Assembly: GCA_964016885.1 (NCBI GenBank) | Contig: OZ024741.1 | Location: 94,364,001-94,428,000 of the forward strand | Direction: 5' to 3' | DNA from: Eledone cirrhosa | Taxonomy: Eukaryota | DNA: 64,000 nt | Shown: positions 55,591-64,000 of the stretch, one piece after another | Layout: every line of letters begins with the position of its first letter | Position numbering within the stretch: position 1 is the first letter of the stretch | The notes under the pieces: model-generated | The model's input: the letters and a program-made list of their open reading frames with translations, nothing else | Database searches by the model: none | What the model was told of the DNA's origin: nothing | Program-made: the position numbers and the translations under genes

Positions 55591-58589
55591 AACAAGCCAA
55601 CAAGCCGTACATAAACTGTTAGGAATGTTTAATGTTTAAATATACATTATATAAGACAAAAGAGAAGACTGTCACACAGGACATGAACCACGCAATCTGT
55701 CGGATACCGGATTAACGTATTTCCGATTACACCAAAGAGGTCATGGTGTATCTGTGTGTCAAATTAACGTTATATAAACGGGTTACTGGTATGAAATAAC
55801 ATTAATATCACAGCACATGTGAATCATAGATAATTTCGTATTCACACAAATCTAGGACATGAAAAAGAAACCAACAGGGTCTCCTGCAGAGCTAGAACCA
55901 TGTAACTCTCTGATTCCCAGTGAATGTGTTACTTACTATGCACAGAGAGCTTGTCTTTCTATTTTGCCAGTTTAACGACAATTAACGTATAGATTATTAT
56001 TCATAATCTTAAAGTTTATTACGTTATAAACATCAAATTTCGATATGTTTAACATTTGTACGATCTCGAGTTGTCGTTACGGGACGAGGAAATTATCATG
56101 TGGTGGGGTAGTAAGATTAGTTGTATAGTGCTAATTTGTGTAAAAGAGAGAGGCGGGGTTCTTTGTTGTACCCAGTAGTGTCTACTCCTCTGCGGTTCAT
56201 AGAAGTCTCTGGTGGACCTATTTATAAAATCTGCTGTAAATACTTGTTGAAATCTGAAGATACACAAAACGATGCACTAAGATACCTCGTTAGTGAGTAA
56301 GTTTTATTTTCCTGCACGTTTTTCCATATCTTTTTTTTTTTTTTTAATCTCCTTGCATTTTACATTAATGAAGAGTTACTGATTTGAACTTAGTTATCAA
56401 GTAATCCTGATAACTGTTGAGCCTTGAATTTAAAGGTAAAAGAAACGTGCACCCGGCGTAAGGTTTGGGCGTCGACGAGAAAAATCTACGAGAATTTTTC
56501 TCATTTTCAAATGGCCTCAAGATAAGCTATACAAGTAGGACATTGTGACAAGTCAAGCTTGTTCGAGATGTAGGATGGACAAGGGAACCATCATAAATGT
56601 ATTCGTTCAATGTTTAAATGTTACTTGGCACTAAGCGTATGTTGACCAATTGCTTGAAACTTAATTCCAGCTTCTCGAAGAGTTTCATAGCGTGGATCTC
56701 TCCAAATCCTTCTTTTAGCAAGAATGGCTTAACAGCCACATCCACTCAGAGTCAATAAAATAAAGTATCAATCATGTACTGGGTTCGATATAATTGATTG
56801 CACCCTTCCTTCAATATTGTTGGCCTTATATCTATTTTAGAAACGATTATCATCATTGTGACAGTAGATAGCATAATAAATAGAGCGCCCTCAAGTTCCT
56901 ATTTCTAATACTGTGGAGGCCCACTCACCTTTGATTTTTCTAAGGTAGATAAAACTAATACTAGTCATGTGATAGAGTCCTCAATTGAAGGGCATTGTGA
57001 ATGTAGTAGAAATCATTATCAGAAGGTGTAAAAAAAACAGTAAAAATATATATTCTACAATAATTAGTTTCATTCCTCTTGATTCTACAACACCTACTTG
57101 GAGCACTAGATTTGATTTTATTCGATTCTATAGTTTTTCTCAAACATTGTGTAGATTTGAGCCAACGCAACATTAAATAAACCTTTTTCGAATAGTTGGT
57201 GATGGTGTTTAGTCTCAGTGTAGCCTTCAATAGCTATCCCGTCTTTTATTTTCTCAGTGTATCTTAAACTACTTTATCCAATGACATTTTTTAAAGTAAG
57301 ATGACAAGGATATTTGATTGCTATTTCTAGCAGAGAAAATAACCGTGTAAAGACTCCAATGTAGGCTTGACAGTGATGTAATTTGAACATAGGGTTCTTT
57401 CGTCGAGATGCCAAGTTTTCATTATCTAATTAAAACTGAAGTCTTAATCTAATCAAGTAAGTCTGGCTTATCCCAACATCTAGTCTAAAAATAGTCGTTA
57501 ATGTATTAAGTAATCGTGAGAGCACCATCTTATTCTGTCTAGAAACACGGGAGTGTCCTTTTATTTAGATCTACTGCCCCCGTTATACTTTTGTATCCGG
57601 TACATCGGGAAACTTAGTAGAAATTTCTTAATACGAACAGAATTGATAATTGATTATCTAGGCCGAAATCGGAAATTTTATAATGATTAACTTCGTTTTG
57701 GTACAAACATTGCTGGAACTTGTCAATAGAATTCTGAGTTTCTTCATTGCTTAGTGCGGAACTACGTCACTGAGATAACAAATGGTCTAATACTTTGAAG
57801 TGGACAAATTAACTGACAAAAAGGACAGCAATAGCTGTCTACTCAACAGTGACATCCTGATTGAGTTTGTATCAACATCTCAGTTTACTTAAGAAATTTT
57901 ATAGATTCACGTTATCACACCACACACACACACACACTCTCTCACATTCACTCTCTCCCACCTCTTTCTTTTCTCTCCCTTTTTCTCTCTCTTTGCCTGT
58001 CGCTCTCTCTCTCTCTCTCTCCATCTCTCTCTCACTCTCTTCCTTGCCCTCTCTTGTTTTGTCGCTCTTCCTTGCCCTCTCTTTCTCTGTATCAGTATAT
58101 TTGTCTATCTTAATATCATTTTGTCTTCATTGACTCCTTTTTTTCTTCTCGTTTAACCTCCTGTTTGTTTTGTGTGTGTTTCTTTACATCTTTATTCTTG
58201 CTCTCAGACATTTACATATCTATATCACCATCTCCTACTCATCCTTTTATAGTTCACTTTTTAACACAGACTCATTCTCAGATCATTTCTCCTTTTACTT
58301 CTTTCTTTCCGTCTTTCACCCCCCCCCCCTCTCTACATATCTCTATTTTACAAACTTGCATGTAGTTAAGAATACATCCATTTCCTATGTCCTCTCTCTT
58401 ATTATCGTTTTTATCCACTATATTTCCACTATACATTTGTCTTTCCTACGATGAGAATGATGTTTCTTAAACTACCAATAATTGGATTCGAAACTACGAA
58501 ACACTGTTTTTATCAACATTCATAAATTTAATTGTTATACTACTTGGGAAATCAACAGAACAATGACAGTATCAATAATAGTTTTTAAT

Positions 58590-58900
58590 AATAGCACAAA
58601 GGTAACAATTTGGGATGAGGATGTAGATTATATCTACCCAATACTTAACTGGTATTTTATTTTATAGACTCCAGGAGGATGACAGGCAATGTTGACCTCA
58701 GCAAGATTTGAACTCAGAACGTAAAGAACCGTAACTAAATACCGCAAAACATTTCGTCAATCCACCAATGTTTTCCAATTTAGGCAAGATATTAGCAATG
58801 TTTTGAAGACAAATGGATTAAATCGACTACATTATCGAACCTGGAAGGATGAAAGGGTGATATTAACTTCGACGGGATTTGAACTCAGTACGTAAAGATA
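58590..58900 (-). mobile_element. Two degraded tandem SINE pieces
   Basis: GATTTGAACTCAG.ACGTAAAG occurs twice. Confidence 0.6.
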
Positions 58901-59244
58901 TGAAACAATAAATATAATAATATATGCTTAATTTCTGTCACAAAGTCATTTGATGGTAAGAGATTACCAAATTTCAAAATGTTATAAGCACAAAACTGTG
59001 AGAGTGGACGTAGAACCGAGTATGACAAAACGAGTATAAAAACGACAGTAGAAAGATATATAACGTCCCAATAAGAGGACAGCTAACTAGGGACAATCCA
59101 AGAATCCCACAGATCCAGTATTGTTAGATTATCTTTACAATCAAAGGCAGGTTCTCTCTACAACCTGTGTTTTTCGACCTATAGGCGCATGTTGAAAGTA
59201 GGACCAGTTACTTGGGCCTTGCTTTGCTACTTATCAGCAAATTT

Positions 59245-59660
59245 ACAGAAAAGTAATGGGGTCTTTTTCACCCTCACGTCCCTCTCCAAGTAGATTATGG
59301 CTGTTCTCAATCCTCACAAACTCGTCCACGATACAACCTCTTTCACCATAGATACTATACAGCGGAAAACTGCCAGCCCTTCTTGAAAAGAGGAAAGCGA
59401 TGGGATGATCCTTATAGCAAACATCCGGATTCGTTATACACATGGTAACAGCTATTCGACATGACTTCATAAAAAAGCAATACTTGGACACTGAATGACT
59501 ACGAGATTTCACCGCTCCGTGAGAATCTCCGCGAGCATCTCGGATTGTCATGTCTGACAACACTTCCGTCCTTGTAGTATGTACCGAATTGTCAATGCTA
59601 CCGGATAGCACAACCAAACCAAATATTTCTGGAAGTTATCCATCGTACCCGGAATAGATC
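59245..59660 (-). mobile_element. Old Tx1-family ORF2 C-terminal relic
   Basis: PGTMDNFQKYLVWLCY and AMVKEVV-like text match GPMDNFQKSLAWQCY and AMAKEVVWW of copies 1 and 2. Confidence 0.65.
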
Positions 59661-60568
59661 TACTACAAAAAACGAAGATAGTGAATGATGATGATGATTG
59701 TTTTTTAAACAAACATGACTCTTCAGATCTTTTAGAACAAAAATATATCAATATGAAGTTGTGACTTTCATATATTTCCCAGGATTTGTAACAACGTAAG
59801 TTAAGTAAAACATGATTCAAACATTCATATGGAACACGTAGTGATTATGCCCTCTTTAAAAAGATATCTTAAATATCTGAATAATTATACCTATCTAATA
59901 ACCGTTTAGATTCGAAAGTTAAAACATCGACATCCATCAAAATAGGTCTCTCTGAAAGATGGTGCTAAATTCTTCAGTAGTCTGAAATTAAAGAAATTCT
60001 ACAGTGGCTCGGTTAATTTAAGTAAATTTTATACGGCAAATGCATCCTCATTTCAATTCTTTATCGAAAATAATTCGTTTCACTCTGCAAAGCCAGGAAT
60101 ATTACAGTTTGTCAAACATATATGAGGACTTTGTGTCTCGTGAAAAAAGAACGTCTTACCAGTAAATTATAGAGCAACGACTAAAACACCTTACACCTTC
60201 ATTACTCAATATTCTTAGTTCTCACCCTAAACATTTCAGTAAGTTTTACTATTAGGTAATTTAAATCTAATAAACTCTCTTACTTCAAATTATTTTGTTT
60301 CAATATACCAATATTAGACGTTAACATTATATCCTTTTCGCTGCTCTTGTGAAAAATTGACCCTTAAAAATGAAATGGTTTCAATACTATGAGATGAGGA
60401 TCTATTTGCAGACTTCACTTTCTTAACACCAATACTGTTGTATAATATTCTTTGAAATTTTCCGGCTCTCTGCTCTCTGAGTTCAAATACCGCCAAGGTC
60501 AGCTTTGCCTTACATTCATTCAAGGTCGATTCCTTCTCTATAACTCTTTCACACTTTATTTCTCTCAC

Positions 60569-60729
60569 TCTCTATCCTTCTCTGGAAGACATCTGCTGTA
60601 TTCAGACCAGGAGAGCAGATAGGCTCCGCCAGGTTTGCAATTTGTAAAGAAATACCGCATGTCAATATGGCGCCCTACGACTCCCTCGGGAGTTACGGGC
60701 CCATACCATATATCTGTAGTAATATAAAT
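60569..60729 (-). CDS. Candidate exon, unknown product
   Basis: tcttgcag| acceptor, open frame IYITTDIWYGPVTPEGVVGRHIDMRYFF..., GA|gtgaga donor; GC-richer than its flanks. Confidence 0.25.
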
Positions 60730-61427
60730 CTGCAAGATGTTAAGTCTTGAAGAATGCATGATTGTGTAACTGCCGTCGAAAAGGAAACAGACTTTCGCCT
60801 TGTTTTATTTGCTTTACGAACTCGCAACCAGGCAGGTGACCGGTAGAAATAAACTATAAAAGTCTAATCAGGAAAAACATATATACATACAGTTGTTATA
60901 TACTGGGATGTATAAATGCAAGAAACACCAATATAACCCATAATATTTTTGTTTGCGAACAAAAGAATTACGCTTAAATATTTACAAAGATAAGAAACAG
61001 CTGAATTCAAGAATTCAAGTTTTTCAGCTTCTGTAGAGATGGAATGCGTCCAAGAGAAACGTTCTAACTTTATAGTTGAACGAACATAGAAAATCTACTT
61101 TCCAAACCGATAACATTAACATCAACTGACTCTCTAACTCGTCTGTTCTAAACAAAGAGTGCTGCAGATATCTAGCTATTGATGAAAATATATCATACAA
61201 AGGCGTCGTTAAAAAAGTAGATTGTCAAAATTTACCAGACTTTAAAAAAAAACAAAAAAAACAGGGCAGTGGCAACATTCTTTTTAGAAGACGACAATAT
61301 TCCATAATGTCTTTGTATTACCAATACTGGTATCAATGTTTTGATTATGAAATATATAGGAAATCCATTTCATTTTTATTAAAATCCGTAAAATCATATA
61401 GAAAATTTCACAGAAATAATAGTTTAT

Positions 61428-61874
61428 GATTTAGGCACAACGCCAACAATTTGGGGGAGAAGGGAAAAGTCGATTCTATCGACCCCTCGTACAAAACTGG
61501 TATTTTATTTTATCGACTTCGGAAGAAGGAAAGGCAAAGCTGACCACGGCGAGATTTTAACTCAGAATATAGAGGACCGAAACTAAATACTGCAAAGCAT
61601 TTTGTCAGTGACTCTAATGATTCTGTTAATCCACTGCCCTTAGTTTTCTCAGAAACAATTGTTTCTACTTTAGGCACAAGGCCAGCAATTTGGGGGTAGA
61701 GGAAAGTCGATTAAATCGACCCCAGTGCATGACTGGTCCTTTATTTGATCGACTCCGTAAAGATGAAAGGGAAAGCTAACCTCGGCGGGATTTGAACTCA
61801 GAACGTAAAGGGCATTAACTCTATGCCACAAACCAGGGTGTCAGACGCTCTACCGATACGGCCAATCCACCGCC
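61428..61874 (-). mobile_element. Two tandem tRNA-derived SINEs (61428-61640 and 61655-61874)
   Basis: Both match 14085-14301. Confidence 0.8.
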
Positions 61875-62777
61875 CTCGATTTTCACAGAAATAACAACAT
61901 ACTCTATCTCAAACAGGAAACCCTTCAAACGGCTTTTTTTTAGTGCGGTATGGTATCTTTCAGTCAACACCTGGTTAAAAGTAGTCACAAAACTAAATGT
62001 ATCGTTTAAATGTTCAAAATTAGGAAGTGAACACCCAGAGAAGCATTCAACATCTGATTATACGATACCCTGAATGAACCTAACTTAATGCCGAGGAGAA
62101 ATATTAAATAAATATGCTAACCAAAAGTAATACACGTGTATTTTCACGAAAATTTGAACACAATGACAACATAGAAAGGCAGTTTAACTTCGCTTGGTGT
62201 GGCGATCTCTATCTATATATAAATTTCTGTGATTCTGTCACAACACGTAAAGAGAGAGGACTACCTCATACTACTCTTCTCTCTTTATGTCTGCTGCCTG
62301 CGTGAATGCATGTGTATGAAAAATAGAGGCAGGGAGTGGTGAAAAAACTAAAGAAAAATAGCGGCTGGCATTCCATGTGTTATGCTGTGTATGTGTGTAT
62401 ATGTTTGTGTGAATGTATGAGTATTTGTGTGAATGTATGTCTGTGAGTGTGTATTTTTCTAAGTGTGTCTGTGTTTGCACGTTTATATTTATATACTCAT
62501 ACGTATAAATATATGCATATGTACGCACATACACATACGCGTCAGCGTGTTGAAAAAAATCATAGTATTATATACAATTGCGACGGTTGTCCTTTAACCA
62601 TTTCCCGAATAAGAGATAATAATAAAATATCTGAACAAAATAGACTGAAACCCTAATGCAACTGAAATATGCGATTGTTTCAACTTTGTTGTTCGAAAAC
62701 ATTGCTTATATAATCAGATGTTGCTTAATGATGTGAAGTATTGACTGTTACGTGTACGATTGCTAAAACAATGTACT

Positions 62778-62824
62778 CTCTATCTATCTATCTATCTGTC
62801 TATCTATCTATCTATCTGTCTATA
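62778..62824. repeat. (TCTA)n at the 5' junction of Tx1 copy 3
   Basis: Seen directly in the sequence. Confidence 0.9.
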
Positions 62825-64000
62825 TTACAGAAACCGGATTAGCAGATTAGTTAAGGAGAGGTTGACGGGTGCAATCGTCAACAACCGATGGTGGACATCT
62901 CTCAAAAGAGAGATTAGAACAGAATCAATAAGTTATAGCAAGATGTTAGCTGCCGATAGGAATAGAAGCGAGAAAGAATTAACAGGTAAATTAGAAGAGG
63001 CAATCAAGAGCGAAGATGTGGCCAGAGTGCTGGCATCGAGGACGGCCTTGAACCAGTTTTTCGATGCAAAGCACGAAGGCTGCGTCATTCGAAGTAAAAT
63101 ACGTGCTCTAGGTAATGAGGGGGCCAAAGCCGTTGGATGGGCCCGCGTGACAGAAGCTAAGAGTGGAAATCGATCCACCATCCGGTCGTTGCAAGACGAA
63201 GATGGACGGGTGATCCGGGAGCCTAAGCAGATGTGCGAGGCCTTTCAAAGGCACTTTGCCCGATTGTTCGGGGGAGGCGAGGGTCCGGGCGGGGGCGTGG
63301 ATTTCGGTCCATACCTCGACGGCCTGCCGCGTCTCTCGAACGAAGAGGCAGAGTTCTGCGAGGGACCAATCTCGGCTGATGAGATCGGAGATGCGCTGAG
63401 CCAATGCAGCAGGCGCAAATCTCCAGGTCTCGATGGTATACCTTACGAACTTTATTTAGCAATGCCGGTCTTCTTCTCCGAACTCCTCGAAGCGGTCTAC
63501 TGCAATTGGCAGCAGAACGGGAGAATTCCTTGTTCTGTAGCCAAGGGCGTAGTCACGCTGGTGAGGAAGGACGAGAACAAGGGGGATAGTATAAATAATT
63601 TTCGGCCCATAACCCTGCTAAACACAGAGTTAAAGATTTTGGCCAAGGTGTTAGCAAAGAGGTTGGCGCTTGTCGTGGGTGGCCTGGTGGGAGATGCGCA
63701 GACATGTGCTATCCCATCCAGGTCCATTCGCGATAACCTCCACCTCATGCGATACATCATAGAGAGGGTTAGCAACAAACCCGGCTTCGGTGGGGCCCTG
63801 ATCAACTTGGATCAGTCTAAGGCGTTCGATAGGGTCGACCATGGTTACCTGGATGCGGTGCTAGCGGCGGCTGGGTTCGGTCCTGTTTTTAGAGGCTGGA
63901 TCACTGCCCTACATAGCAACCACATCTGTTCTAGGATCAAGGTGAACGGCTACCTTTCGAAGCCGTTCGAAATCACACGATCCATTCGACAGGGGTGCCC
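62825..64000 (+). mobile_element. Tx1 copy 3, 5'-truncated, nearly identical to copy 2; runs off the window end
   Basis: Reverse complement of 9901-11076 with scattered substitutions. The frame from 62826 reads YRNRISRLVKERL...RQGCP. Confidence 0.93.

Overview
Eukaryotic, repeat-saturated, AT-rich DNA with long (TA)n, (CA)n, (GA)n and (GATA)n tracts. The SINE and RTE content looks like an octopod cephalopod (inference). No host gene can be called with confidence; there are only two candidate exons. The window holds three recognisable copies plus one relic of a Tx1/L1-clade non-LTR retrotransposon, each tied to (TATC)n microsatellites. It also holds Penelope-like element (PLE) fragments with a Hydra-type GIY-YIG endonuclease, several RTE LINE fragments (one with a clean twin-priming inversion), a CRE-like RLE fragment, a decayed Tc1/mariner, Helitron ends, a TTAA-flanked piggyBac-type MITE and many tRNA-derived SINEs. 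The most striking unannotated signal is about 10 distinct families of minimal type I hammerhead ribozyme (HHR) motifs. Most lie in inverted-repeat or fold-back elements in or beside (TA)n. These range from PLE 3' ends with an inverted pseudo-LTR to nearly perfect 150-530 bp palindromes with an HHR motif on each strand. Variants include a U3-A8 covariant core and long stem II inserts. Almost all ORF-track entries built from IY/HT/RE/SL repeats are microsatellite artefacts. All alignments and folds were done by eye.
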